Part shown: positions 18,342 to 27,881 of the stretch, piece after piece | Layout: each line of letters opens with the position of its first letter | Numbering within the stretch: the stretch's first letter is position 1 | Source of the DNA: a virus | Strand: one strand, 5' to 3' | IMG/VR virus record: IMGVR_UViG_3300036828_000771 | Coordinates: 1-64,000 of that record | Length of the DNA stretch: 64,000 nucleotides | Program-made: the position numbers and the translations under genes | Notes under the pieces: model-generated | Databases searched by the model: none | What the model was told of the DNA's origin: nothing | Seen by the model: only the letters and a program-made list of their open reading frames with translations

Positions 18342-19505
18342 ATGGCCCAACTGATCTTCAAAAACAACGCCCAGAGCACGCTGGCCGGATCGATCAGCAA
18401 CACTGCCACGTCAATCCAGCTTGCAGCGGGCACTGGCATCCTGTTCCCCAGCCCGGCAGCCGGGCAGTATTTCGTCGCCACCTTGATCGACGCCGCGACC
18501 GGACTCGTCAACGAGATCGTCTGGTGCACGCAGATGGTTGGCGACATCGCCACCGTGGTGCGCGCGCAGGAAGGCACCACGAACAAGCCGTGGAACGCCA
18601 ACGACGCCTTCGCCGAACTGTGGACCGCTGGCCAAGCCGGCCAGATGCTTCAGCAAGGCCAGAACCAAGCGCAGAGCGGCAACTACGGCACCGACGTTGG
18701 CAGCCAGAATGCCGTGCGTGTCGTGCTCAACCCGCCGCTCACCTCGCCCATCCCGGGCATGCCGATCCGCGTGCTGATCGCGAACACCAACACCGGCGAC
18801 TCCACTCTCGATCCCGGTCCCGGCCCGGCGCAGATCATGCAGGGCAACGGCGTCCCGCTGCCTCCTAACGCGCTGGTTGCCAACTTCATCTCGGAGTTCG
18901 CGTGGAACGGCACCAAGTACGAACTGATCGCACCGAATCTCGCGCAGGCGATAGCGCCCGGCACGGTCGCGCATTACGCGGGCTCCAACCCACCGGGCGG
19001 TTGGCTGTTCTGCGATGGCTCATCGCAGGTGCAGGCGAACTTCCCCGCCCTGTTCGCGGTCATCGGCACGATCTACGGCTCGGTCGACGGCACGCACTTC
19101 AATCTGCCCGACGTGCGCGGCCGGGTGATCGCGACGCTTGATGGTGGCGTCGGCCGCCTGACCACTGCATCGATCAATACGCCCAACGCGCTCGCCGGTG
19201 TCGGCGGTGCCCAGTCGAACAGCGCCAGTATCAGCGGTACGGCGAGCGGCACCCTCAGCGTGAGCACGAGTGTGAGCGTGGGTGGTTCCGGCAGCACCGG
19301 CGGCGAGAACGTCGAGAGCAACGCCAACTCCGGGCCGGGCGGCAGCTTCAACTTCCCCGCAGTCGGTCACGCCCACAACTTCAGCGTCAATTCCAACGGC
19401 AGCGGCTCAGGCAGCGCCAGCGGCAATATGGGCGTGAGCGGTGGGACGGCGAGCTTCATCATCGTCCAGCCGACGATCATGATGAACACCATGATCAAGA
19501 CCTGA
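18342..19505 (+). CDS. Tail fibre protein with tail-collar domain
   Basis: NNAQSTLAG..EIV..VVRAQEGT anchor; PPGGWLFCDGS..LFAVIGTIYG..FNLPDVRGR collar. Confidence 0.8.
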   Translation: MAQLIFKNNAQSTLAGSISNTATSIQLAAGTGILFPSPAAGQYFVATLIDAATGLVNEIVWCTQMVGDIATVVRAQEGTTNKPWNANDAFAELWTAGQAGQMLQQGQNQAQSGNYGTDVGSQNAVRVVLNPPLTSPIPGMPIRVLIANTNTGDSTLDPGPGPAQIMQGNGVPLPPNALVANFISEFAWNGTKYELIAPNLAQAIAPGTVAHYAGSNPPGGWLFCDGSSQVQANFPALFAVIGTIYGSVDGTHFNLPDVRGRVIATLDGGVGRLTTASINTPNALAGVGGAQSNSASISGTASGTLSVSTSVSVGGSGSTGGENVESNANSGPGGSFNFPAVGHAHNFSVNSNGSGSGSASGNMGVSGGTASFIIVQPTIMMNTMIKT

Positions 19506-19518
19506 GCGGGAGCGCGCC

Positions 19519-19827
19519 ATGGCAGTCAATCCTCAACCCGGCACGAACTCGGTGGTGTCGCAAGCCGGCGTCGCCGTGCAAGCCGTGCCCGCGAATCCGC
19601 AAGGCGGCGGCATCATCACCAACCCGGTGAGCAACACCGATCAGGGTATCACCGGGGCCTCTGAGCCGCTCTACGTCTGCCCGAACGGCTCGGCAGCGCT
19701 ACAAGGCAACGGCACGACCTTCGCGCTCGCGCCCGGCCAGTCGTGGAACGTGATCCCCGGCCAGATCACTGCCACCAGCGTCAACGCTGCCACCGCCGGG
19801 CACAAGTTCAGCGTCGTGTGGTGGTAG
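19519..19827 (+). CDS. Small virion protein, paralog of the N-terminal domain of 17248..18327
   Basis: Shared GG.I.NP....DQG, GTTFA..PGQ.W.V and SV.AA...H.F motifs. Confidence 0.65.
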   Translation: MAVNPQPGTNSVVSQAGVAVQAVPANPQGGGIITNPVSNTDQGITGASEPLYVCPNGSAALQGNGTTFALAPGQSWNVIPGQITATSVNAATAGHKFSVVWW

Positions 19828-19830
19828 ACC

Positions 19831-21378
19831 ATGCCTGACGGTAGCCAGAAGGCCTCGCAGTTCCTGAGCGGTGCTGCGCCGGTGGCGACGACCACGACCG
19901 TGGTCGCCACACCCGGCCCGGGGGCTCCGCCGAGTCCGTGGATACAAAACGGCCCGACTGTCTCCTACGATCAAGGTGGCGCGGTCGTTCCGAGCAGCGT
20001 GCCCGGCGGCACCAAGGGCGTGGGCTCGATCAACGCCGAGGCGATCTACATCAACGGCCAGCCACTCGCGACTTCGGAAGTGACGGTCAGACTCTTGCAA
20101 GGCGTCGGCATCGCCCTCACGCCGAATCCGATCCTCAGCGACGGCACGATTGCGCTGGCGAACACGGTCGTGACACCGAGCAGCTACGGCGATGCCGGGC
20201 ACGTCGCAGGCTTCACGGTCGATCAACAGGGCCGGCTGACGGCGGCTGGCAACATCGCGATCACGCCCAGTGCCATCGGCGCGCAGCCCGCCGGGAATTA
20301 CGTGGTCGAAGCGCCCTCGGACGGCAACACCTATGGCCGCAGCAATGCTGCGTGGGTTCTCGTTGGTGGCGGGAGCGGTGTGGGCAATACGACCGAGTAC
20401 AGCTTCAACGCCACCACGACATCGCCGCCAAGCAGCGGTCAGATCAGGGCCAATACCACCGACCAGACGCTGGCGACCGCGCTCTATATGAGCGGCACCA
20501 ACGCGCCGGGGGTCAATGTCTACAATTACCTGATGGCCGAGTTGTCTGCTGGCGGAAAGCTCTACCTGCAAACCAAGGACGACAGCACAAAGTACGTCAC
20601 CTACCTCATCGCAGGGCCGCCGGTCGGTAACACGACATGGGTGAACGTGCCGGTCACGTACCAAAGTGGACCGGGCGGTGTGGCGGCAGGTCAGCGCTGT
20701 ATCATCGTCAACATCAGCAGCGGTGGCGGTGCCAGCATCACGATTTCGGACACTCCCCCGGCTTCACCGACTGCCGGTGCGCTGTGGTGGAACTCTACCC
20801 TTGGGCAGATGTTCATCTGGTTCACAGACCCGACAAGCTCCCAGTGGGTGCCTGCTTCGCCGTCGGCCAGCGCGCAGACGATTCCGCCCGGCGCGCTCAT
20901 GGACTTCGCCGGAACGACCGTGCCGACCGGCTGGCTGATGTGCGACGGCTCGCAGGTGAGCCGCACGACCAACGCACCGCTGTTCTCGGCCATCGGCACG
21001 ACCTACGGCGCGGGCGACGGCAGCACGACGTTTAACCTGCCCGACTGTCGCGGGCGCGTGACGGCGGGCCTCGATCCGGGTGGGACAGCGGGACGATTGA
21101 CGGCGGGCGGCTCGGGCATCGCTGGTCAGACGTTGGGTGCGGCGGGCGGGATCGAGACTGAAACGCTGACGGCGGCACAAATGCCATCGCACAACCACAC
21201 GCTCGGCGGTAACACTGTCTCGTTCCTCGCCAGCGGCGGCAATCTTTGGTCAGCCTTGGCAAATGCGCCTGCCGCTATAAATGCTTGGTACATCTCCCAA
21301 ACTGACACTGCTGGCAGCGGCGCTGCGCATCAAAACACCCAGCCGACCATCATCATGAACAAGATCATCAAGACGTAA
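19831..21378 (+). CDS. Tail fibre protein with collar domain
   Basis: FTVDQQGRLTAA, EAPSDGNTYGR, PTGWLMCDGS..FNLPDCRGR, MPSHNH..HQNTQP. Confidence 0.8.
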   Translation: MPDGSQKASQFLSGAAPVATTTTVVATPGPGAPPSPWIQNGPTVSYDQGGAVVPSSVPGGTKGVGSINAEAIYINGQPLATSEVTVRLLQGVGIALTPNPILSDGTIALANTVVTPSSYGDAGHVAGFTVDQQGRLTAAGNIAITPSAIGAQPAGNYVVEAPSDGNTYGRSNAAWVLVGGGSGVGNTTEYSFNATTTSPPSSGQIRANTTDQTLATALYMSGTNAPGVNVYNYLMAELSAGGKLYLQTKDDSTKYVTYLIAGPPVGNTTWVNVPVTYQSGPGGVAAGQRCIIVNISSGGGASITISDTPPASPTAGALWWNSTLGQMFIWFTDPTSSQWVPASPSASAQTIPPGALMDFAGTTVPTGWLMCDGSQVSRTTNAPLFSAIGTTYGAGDGSTTFNLPDCRGRVTAGLDPGGTAGRLTAGGSGIAGQTLGAAGGIETETLTAAQMPSHNHTLGGNTVSFLASGGNLWSALANAPAAINAWYISQTDTAGSGAAHQNTQPTIIMNKIIKT

Positions 21379-21381
21379 TCC

Positions 21382-22644
21382 ATGATCGACTTCCCGAACA
21401 GCCCTGCCGATCAGGCCATCTTCAACGGCCCTAACGGCGTGATCTATCAGTGGATCGCCGCGTCGAACCTGTGGAAGGCGCTGGGGGTGGGCCAGCAGAG
21501 CATTGTCGTGGGCGACACCGCCCCGGCCAGTCCGTTCAACGGGATGATGTGGTGGAACAGCACACTGGCGCAGTTGTTCATCTACTATAACGATGGCAAC
21601 TCCAGCCAGTGGGTGCCAGCAGTGCCACCCGCCACCCAGCTGCTGACGACTCCGGGCGGCGACTTCTTCGCCTATCACAGCGCGCCGCCGTCATTGGGTA
21701 CTGCACTCACGCAGATGATTCCCAATACGATCTACTCGGGAAATTCAGGGAATTGGTATAATCCATCCAATGGCCGTTACACGCCGCCGCCCGGACGCTA
21801 TCTGCTGATGGCGGGATATGTGAGTTACGCGGGTTCAGCGACGACCGCTCAGCTTTGGTTGCGCAAGAACGGCGTGAATTTGGGCGGCGCTGGCAGCACC
21901 CTTCTCGGCATTGGCATGCAGGTTCCTGCTGGAGCGAGTTGGCAAGGTGATCCGCAAGGCACGGCCATCGTCGATGCCAATGGCACGGATTACTTCGACT
22001 ACGTTGTCCAGAACAACGCGGCTTCGACCGTCCTTTCTGAGTGGTTCGGTGCCTTCCCGATCTCCGGCGTGCAGGGACCAGCGGGGCCGCCGGGCGTGGT
22101 GGGCACGACGTGGCGGCAGTTGCAGCGCACGGTGATCTCGGCTGCTCAGCCCTCGTTCGACATCACCGGCATCCCCGCCGACATCAACGAACTGATGTTC
22201 ACCTACGACCTGACGCCAGTGACAGCCTCTGGCCTCGTCTTCCAGTTCTACAACAACACCGGAACGCTGGACGCCACCGGCCCCTACGGATGGGTCGGCA
22301 AGTGGGCGAACAATGCGATGGCGGGTGGCGCGGCGGTCGTCACCTACAGCGGCAATTCTCAGGGCTTTACTACAGGTGTCGTCTTCAATGGTTCGGTTGC
22401 TGGATGGGGCGTCAGCACCACGAGCGGCGGTCGCGGTAGAGGACAGGTGGTCAACATCAGGGACACGACGCGCGGTAAGAACGTGGATTTCGCGTGCAGT
22501 TGGGTCGACCAGACGAACTCCTATCTGGGCACGTTCGATGGCCAAGGCTGGCGCGGTACTGTTGGTGCGATCACCGGCCTGCGCCTGTCGTTCGGCACCG
22601 GCAACATCGCCTCCGGCGCGGTCGAAGTGTGGGGTTCACCATGA
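21382..22644 (+). CDS. Fibre/receptor-binding protein, one C1q-like module
   Basis: MIDFPNSP start; WYNPSNGRYTPPPGRY..LRKNG..DANGTDYF; collagen-like linker. Confidence 0.65.
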   Translation: MIDFPNSPADQAIFNGPNGVIYQWIAASNLWKALGVGQQSIVVGDTAPASPFNGMMWWNSTLAQLFIYYNDGNSSQWVPAVPPATQLLTTPGGDFFAYHSAPPSLGTALTQMIPNTIYSGNSGNWYNPSNGRYTPPPGRYLLMAGYVSYAGSATTAQLWLRKNGVNLGGAGSTLLGIGMQVPAGASWQGDPQGTAIVDANGTDYFDYVVQNNAASTVLSEWFGAFPISGVQGPAGPPGVVGTTWRQLQRTVISAAQPSFDITGIPADINELMFTYDLTPVTASGLVFQFYNNTGTLDATGPYGWVGKWANNAMAGGAAVVTYSGNSQGFTTGVVFNGSVAGWGVSTTSGGRGRGQVVNIRDTTRGKNVDFACSWVDQTNSYLGTFDGQGWRGTVGAITGLRLSFGTGNIASGAVEVWGSP

Positions 22645-24149
22645 TCGACTTCCCGAACAGCCCATCGGACGGCCAGACGTTCCTCGCACCGACCGGCGTG
22701 CAGTATCGCTGGGTGGCGGCGTCCGGGCTGTGGCTGGCCACCTCGGGCACGACTCCGGGCGGGGATTTTAGCGCGTTAATACCGTCAGGCTCTAGTTTGA
22801 CGACGGCCTACACCACGATCCTCTTTAGCGTCATCACTTCGGGGAACAGCGGGAATTGGTACAACCCAGCCAATGGTCGCTTTACGCCCCCCGCAGGTCG
22901 CTACAATTTGTCGGCCGGTTATACTGGTGGCGGTTCTGCACAGTTGAACCTGCAAGTTCGCAAGAACGGAGTTAATATCGTACCTGCGATTTCGTATGGG
23001 ACCGCCGGAGCGTCGCAAGCTGGTGGCGTTGACATCAACATCAACGTGGATGCCAACGGCACTGATTACTTTGACGTGCAAGCATCGGCGACTGTAGCGG
23101 GGCAGATTTTCAGCGGTTATTTCACTGCCTTCCCGCTCTCCGGCATTCAAGGTCCGCCGGGTCCGGTCGGGCCAGCGTCGGCGGGGGATTTCTTTGCGGC
23201 TGGAACAGGAACAATCCCGACCACGCAAACACCTGTTGCGCTGCCTGTTCTTACTGGAAATTCGGGCGGCTGGTACAACGCAGCCAATGGTCGGTTTACG
23301 CCACCGGCTGGTCGCTACTTTCTGTATGGCGGAGCAACCGCTAGCAGTTCGGCGTCAGGGGGTGTGGCTATTGGCTATCTTCGTAAGAACGGCACTGTCT
23401 TCAACCAAGCTAGCAGTAACTATTACACAGCCAATGCGGCCTCCGAGATTTCGGTACAGGCGACAGTCGATGCCAATGGCAGCGACTATTTTGAGTTCGC
23501 CACAGCAGGCAACATCGCTACCAATGTCGCGCAGCAGATGTTCTTTGGTGCCTTCCCCATCACCGGCATTCAAGGTGTGCAGGGTCCGCCGGGACCGGGC
23601 AATGCGTGGCGCATCCTACAGCGGCAGGTGGTGAGCACGGCACAGGCTTTCGTTGAGTTGCAGAGTATCCCGAGCGACATCAACGAGATCGAGGTCCACT
23701 TCGATCTGCTGCCGGTGACTAACGCGGTCGATCTTTTTTGCGCGTTCTATGGCGCGAATGGCGTGCTCGATGTGACGGCGAACCACTACATCGGGGTCGT
23801 CTACGGCCAGACTAATACAGCGTCAGCTAACACCACTGTCGTTTCTGAAGGTTCTAGTGCTAGTGGTTATAGTACTGCTATGGCGTTGAGCTACGCATCG
23901 GCGGGCAACAACATCTCGAATACGGCAGGCTACGGCATCAAGGGACATTTTATGGTCCCCAACATCAAGGGCGCGGCGCAAAAGGATTTGATGGGGCAGT
24001 CCAGCTATATAGTCACTGGCAATACCTTTTGGTGGATGCTCACCGTCGGCGGTTCTCGGCAGGTCGTCGAGGCGATCACCGGGCTCCGTCTGTTTTTCAC
24101 CAGTGGCAACATCGCCAGCGGCAGCTTCGAAGTGTGGGGCTCGCCGTGA
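22641..24149 (+). CDS. Fibre/receptor-binding protein, two C1q-like modules; paralog of 21382
   Basis: ATGA overlap; same N-terminus and GNIASG..EVWGSP C-terminus. Confidence 0.65.
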   Translation: MIDFPNSPSDGQTFLAPTGVQYRWVAASGLWLATSGTTPGGDFSALIPSGSSLTTAYTTILFSVITSGNSGNWYNPANGRFTPPAGRYNLSAGYTGGGSAQLNLQVRKNGVNIVPAISYGTAGASQAGGVDININVDANGTDYFDVQASATVAGQIFSGYFTAFPLSGIQGPPGPVGPASAGDFFAAGTGTIPTTQTPVALPVLTGNSGGWYNAANGRFTPPAGRYFLYGGATASSSASGGVAIGYLRKNGTVFNQASSNYYTANAASEISVQATVDANGSDYFEFATAGNIATNVAQQMFFGAFPITGIQGVQGPPGPGNAWRILQRQVVSTAQAFVELQSIPSDINEIEVHFDLLPVTNAVDLFCAFYGANGVLDVTANHYIGVVYGQTNTASANTTVVSEGSSASGYSTAMALSYASAGNNISNTAGYGIKGHFMVPNIKGAAQKDLMGQSSYIVTGNTFWWMLTVGGSRQVVEAITGLRLFFTSGNIASGSFEVWGSP

Positions 24150-24158
24150 GGTCAACGC

Positions 24159-24434
24159 ATGAGCGACAGGCCGCCGTTCGACACGCACCGCTGGGGCTTC
24201 ATCCTGCTGTTCACCGTGGTCATCATCTACGGCCTCGTGATCCTGTCGGGCATGGGCGCGTGCATCTGGTTCATGGACAGCGTGGTCAGCGGCAAGTTCA
24301 AGTGCGATGCTGACTCTCGACTGGTCGACTTGCTCGCGCAGTTGCTCGCCGCATCGCTCGGCTACGTCGCGGGTCGCATGCCGCCGCCAGATCAGAAGCC
24401 GCCGCGAGATCGAAACAAAGGAGAGACTCCATGA
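24159..24434 (+). CDS. Membrane protein, holin candidate
   Basis: Hydrophobic segments and charged C-tail at end of late operon. Confidence 0.45.
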   Translation: MSDRPPFDTHRWGFILLFTVVIIYGLVILSGMGACIWFMDSVVSGKFKCDADSRLVDLLAQLLAASLGYVAGRMPPPDQKPPRDRNKGETP

Positions 24435-24766
24435 CGACGACCTACAAGGTACTCGACGCCGAAGGCCCCAAGCTCACGGTCAAGTACAGCGATGGCACCC
24501 GCTCGATGACTCTCGAACGCATGTGGGACGGCAAGGTCCCCATCGACGAGTTCCTTGGCGGGTTCGATCCGCTGCCGCCCGTGGCCACAGGTCCGGCCGC
24601 CGACACCAGCGGGCTCGTCGGCAAGACCGGCACCGCCCAGATGCCGGTCCCCTTGGCCGCGCCGCCGATCACCCCGCCACCGGCAGCGTCAGCGCCAAAT
24701 CCGGCCCCCACGGTGCCGCCGGCCGCCGACGCGCCGCCGCCCACCGCCCCGGCTACCTCCCCCTAA
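24431..24766 (+). CDS. Hypothetical protein with Pro/Ala-rich tail
   Basis: RBS AAGGAGA; ATGA overlap; last + strand late gene. Confidence 0.55.
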   Translation: MTTTYKVLDAEGPKLTVKYSDGTRSMTLERMWDGKVPIDEFLGGFDPLPPVATGPAADTSGLVGKTGTAQMPVPLAAPPITPPPAASAPNPAPTVPPAADAPPPTAPATSP

Positions 24767-24951
24767 AGTCGGCCGAGTTACAGGGGGGAAATCGATTAAA
24801 TGTCACAGGGTACAGGAACAAACCCGGACTCCGGGAACGGACCCGGAACCTGATTTCCTCGCCAGAGAGCATCCCCTCGGGTGGCACTACACCCTCAAGC
24901 CTCTGCGAAATTCGCTCAGGCGGCCCTACCGGGGGCCGGGAAACAGCATCT

Positions 24952-25224
24952 TTAGCGCGGCCCGCCTTCTGGTTTGGCGGGCAAGACGCCGCCGGGACAT
25001 TTTCTTGCGTCATTGGCGACGATGATCCGGGCGAGGATGACCTCCTGAAACACCGCCAGCCGCTTGCGCAGGTCGGTGATCGTCTTAAGCGCCTCAGCGA
25101 ATCCGTCGACCTGCGGCTGAAGCTCCGAGATCGTCGCCCAGTCCTCGCGTTGGAAGGCCTCGTCCCGGGTCGCGGCGAGCTTGTCGCGCTGGGCCGCCAG
25201 CCAGTCGGTGATGTCGGCCATCAC
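24952..25224 (-). CDS. Hypothetical coiled-coil protein
   Basis: Coupled to upstream gene; helical composition. Confidence 0.5.
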   Translation of the reverse strand: MMADITDWLAAQRDKLAATRDEAFQREDWATISELQPQVDGFAEALKTITDLRKRLAVFQEVILARIIVANDARKCPGGVLPAKPEGGPR

Positions 25225-25343
25225 TTACCTCGGCACCAGCGATAGATCATCCATGTCGTCCAGAATGGCAGCACGAGGAGAGTTGCCACGGTCATTGCCA
25301 TGAGGGTTGCGATCCACAAAACGATCTTCACCGTGACCGACAT
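25221..25343 (-). CDS. Small membrane protein
   Basis: MSVTVKIVLWIATL...; GGAGG upstream. Confidence 0.4.
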   Translation of the reverse strand: MSVTVKIVLWIATLMAMTVATLLVLPFWTTWMIYRWCRGK

Positions 25344-25456
25344 TACATCACTGACCTCCTCCGAGCATCGCCCACCAGCCAAGGCCGACAGCGCTGGCGA
25401 AGCCGAACGCGATGATGACCCAGAACACGATGGAGTCGCGGCGGGTGGAGTGCAAC

Positions 25457-25783
25457 CTAGGCACCGGGCACGACCTTGATGTCGGCGTGCGCACCACGCA
25501 GATCGGGCAGCCGGAACTCGCCGGGGCGATACGCATCGGCAGGGCCGGGTAGGCTGAGCAGCCGGCGCAGCCATTGCCTGAACGGCGTCTCGGGCCACAG
25601 CGTGTAGCGCAGGCCGATGACCTCGAACAGTTGCGGGTAGTCTTCGCGTCGCACCACCCGGCCGTCGAACACGATCCAGCCTTCAGGCAGTGGCGAGCCC
25701 TCGATAATGGGCATGATCATGCCGATGGGCTGCCCGGGGTCGCTGGCGTTGCCTGCCGGCGTCAAGGTGATGACTGGTTCCAT
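25457..25783 (-). CDS. Stand-alone tail-collar-domain protein
   Basis: PIGMIMP..LPEGWIVFDGR...YPQLFEVIG..Y...FRLPDLRG. Confidence 0.7.
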   Translation of the reverse strand: MEPVITLTPAGNASDPGQPIGMIMPIIEGSPLPEGWIVFDGRVVRREDYPQLFEVIGLRYTLWPETPFRQWLRRLLSLPGPADAYRPGEFRLPDLRGAHADIKVVPGA

Positions 25784-25788
25784 CTGCG

Positions 25789-26028
25789 TCAGTTCTTCCT
25801 CTCGCTGCGGTGATCGGTCACTTCCAGCCCGGGGATGAGGTCCAAGAACTTCTTGGCCAGCGCGTCCTCGGTCGGCCCCACCACGATGACGATCTCACCC
25901 TCGTAGCCCAGTTCATCGCCGTGGATGTGGATCGGCAGCCCTTCGCGCATCTTGGTGATGTTGATCTCGGACAAGCCGAGCACGATCAGATTGCGCCCGT
26001 TCGGCCGCGTGCCGCTGAACTTGATCAT
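25789..26028 (-). CDS. Hypothetical protein
   Basis: ORF in co-oriented cluster. Confidence 0.55.
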   Translation of the reverse strand: MIKFSGTRPNGRNLIVLGLSEINITKMREGLPIHIHGDELGYEGEIVIVVGPTEDALAKKFLDLIPGLEVTDHRSERKN

Positions 26029-26032
26029 GCGA

Positions 26033-26254
26033 CTAGTCCCAGTACAAGGACACGAAGGCTCCCCCGAGCATGGCGCTGAGGCCCGCCATGATCGCAGCGG
26101 CCTTCCACCAAGTCATGGACAGCGGCTCGACGCCGTCCACCGGCGGAATCAAGCTGCCGTTATCGTAGCAGTTCCTGATGAACTCATCGGTGAGCGGCGC
26201 GAGCGGCGGGTGCTGGTCGCTGGGCTTCCGGCCGTACCAATCATGCCGTAGCAT
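26033..26254 (-). CDS. Hypothetical protein with C-terminal TM
   Basis: GGAG upstream; co-oriented. Confidence 0.5.
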   Translation of the reverse strand: MLRHDWYGRKPSDQHPPLAPLTDEFIRNCYDNGSLIPPVDGVEPLSMTWWKAAAIMAGLSAMLGGAFVSLYWD

Positions 26255-26495
26255 TTTCGATCTCTTCCTCCAGCGCCTCGACGCTCGACTGGCAGCGGTC
26301 GATGATTCGACCGTAGAACTCGACGGCCTGCTGCTTGCTCATCAGGGCTGGCGCGCAGTGAGCATCGACTCCATCCATGGCGTCCTCGAACGCTTCATCC
26401 AAACTCATCGCGATGAACGGCCGCTTGGTCTTCACCCGCGCCTTGGCCACCTTGCGCTTCGCCTTGGCCTTCGCCTTCTTCTTTCCCTTCGCCAT
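26241..26495 (-). CDS. Hypothetical protein with Lys/Ala-rich N-terminus
   Basis: RBS AGGGGAG; MAKGKKKAKAKAKRK. Confidence 0.55.
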   Translation of the reverse strand: MAKGKKKAKAKAKRKVAKARVKTKRPFIAMSLDEAFEDAMDGVDAHCAPALMSKQQAVEFYGRIIDRCQSSVEALEEEIENATA

Positions 26496-26507
26496 GATGT
26501 ACTCCCC

Positions 26508-26753
26508 TTACTTCCTCGGTGGAATGATGGTGAAGCCGCCGTTGCTGTCCGGCAGGATCGTGGTGCCGTCCGTGCAGCGCACATTGCCGAAGCTGTCCTT
26601 GATGCAGCGGACGTTCTGCGGCGGCGGCGGGCGGCGTACCTCCGGCACCGGCTGGCGCGGTTGCTGGGCGTGCGCCGCGTTCACGCACTCGCCGAGGCCG
26701 AAGCCGATGAGCGCCACCACGGCAGCCAATAGAGCGGCGCGGATCATCGGCAT
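26508..26753 (-). CDS. Small exported protein (signal peptide, Cys pair)
   Basis: MPMIRAALLAAVVALIG...AHA-QQP; TGATG coupling. Confidence 0.55.
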   Translation of the reverse strand: MPMIRAALLAAVVALIGFGLGECVNAAHAQQPRQPVPEVRRPPPPQNVRCIKDSFGNVRCTDGTTILPDSNGGFTIIPPRK

Positions 26754-27184
26754 CAGTTGGGTCTCTTCAGCCGGGTGAGATCGCCATCGAGCGGCTCGAT
26801 GAACTCGACGATCAGCGCACCGTCCTCGGTGCGCGAAGTCCACGACGGCAGATTCTCCAACGGGTGCTTGAAGCCGAACTCCTGAAGGATCACCTGCACC
26901 GCTACCGGGTTCGGGCCGAAGCCGGGCTGCGCGTCCTCGACGCTGATGCTGATGTGCGCGCACACGCAGTCCTCGCGCTGCTTCTCCTGCGTATAGGTCA
27001 CATGGAAGCCGCGCGGGATCGTGATCGTGAAGGCGTTGTTGGCGTCGTCGGTCTCGACGCCGGCCGCGCGCCGCTCACCACCAGCGCGCACGGCCTCCAG
27101 CGGTGTGATGTGGCGGCTGGCCTTGTCGATCAGGTGGCTGATGCGCAGGCGAGCGCCGTCGTCGATCAGGAGCGCGCGGGTCAT
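26753..27184 (-). CDS. Hypothetical protein
   Basis: MTRALLID start; HISISV..PNP motif. Confidence 0.55.
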   Translation of the reverse strand: MTRALLIDDGARLRISHLIDKASRHITPLEAVRAGGERRAAGVETDDANNAFTITIPRGFHVTYTQEKQREDCVCAHISISVEDAQPGFGPNPVAVQVILQEFGFKHPLENLPSWTSRTEDGALIVEFIEPLDGDLTRLKRPN

Positions 27185-27531
27185 CACAGCGGCTCCGTCA
27201 GGCGTTCGCTGATCTTCTTCTCGGTGGTCTCGCCGAGGATATGCTGCACGTCGACCACGTCGCCGTCCTGAAGCTCGTGCCAGTGCTCGTAGATGTAGTT
27301 GTGCGCCGTTGCATAGGTGCGCGCGTTGCCGCGCCAGCCATACGGGTCGTTCCAGATGGGAGCGCCTGACAGGTCGAGATGCGTCATGGCGACGTTCGGC
27401 CGACCGTCGAGCGGGAAGCCCAAGCGGCGCAGGTAGTAGCGCTGGGCCTCGTTCGCCGGGTCGTTCATGTTCACGCAGAGGACGGGGACGCACGTCGCCT
27501 CGTCCCTGATCTCCAGAATCTTGATGTCCAT
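27184..27531 (-). CDS. Hypothetical protein
   Basis: MDIKILEIRD..DPYGW..DGDVVDV. Confidence 0.6.
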   Translation of the reverse strand: MDIKILEIRDEATCVPVLCVNMNDPANEAQRYYLRRLGFPLDGRPNVAMTHLDLSGAPIWNDPYGWRGNARTYATAHNYIYEHWHELQDGDVVDVQHILGETTEKKISERLTEPL

Positions 27532-27533
27532 GT

Positions 27534-27881
27534 TCAGTGCTTCTTCTCGGTAGGAGGAGTTTCGGCCTGCCCTTCCATGAGGGCGATCATCGGCCCGGCG
27601 ATCATCGAGCCGTACAGCCGGCAGATGTCGTCCCTGAGCGCCATCATCAGGTCGAGCGGCACGTCGATGTCCGCGCCGTCCTTGTCCTTCAGGGCGTGAA
27701 TCTGCTTGGCCAGCATGTGCCGCAGCATGTGCTCGTCGCGCGAGCGCGGCGGCTTGGTGGGATCGCCGGGCTGCACGGCGGCGTTGATCAGCACGAGCCC
27801 CACCGTCCAGATGGTCTTGCCGTCCGGCGTCCGCATCGGCTGGCCGTCGAAGTCGACCAGCGTCTTGTTCTTCACGATCAT
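27534..27881 (-). CDS. Hypothetical protein
   Basis: ATGA-coupled to upstream HTH gene. Confidence 0.55.
   Translation of the reverse strand: MIVKNKTLVDFDGQPMRTPDGKTIWTVGLVLINAAVQPGDPTKPPRSRDEHMLRHMLAKQIHALKDKDGADIDVPLDLMMALRDDICRLYGSMIAGPMIALMEGQAETPPTEKKH

Noticed and set aside
21382-24149. Diversity-generating retroelement acting on fibre genes
   Set aside because: No reverse transcriptase and no near-identical repeat pair differing only at adenines in the window
24835-24849. GAAC-N7-GAAC, matching the alphaproteobacterial LexA box
   Set aside because: Only 8 specified bases, so likely by chance in 64 kb, and it lies between convergent gene ends
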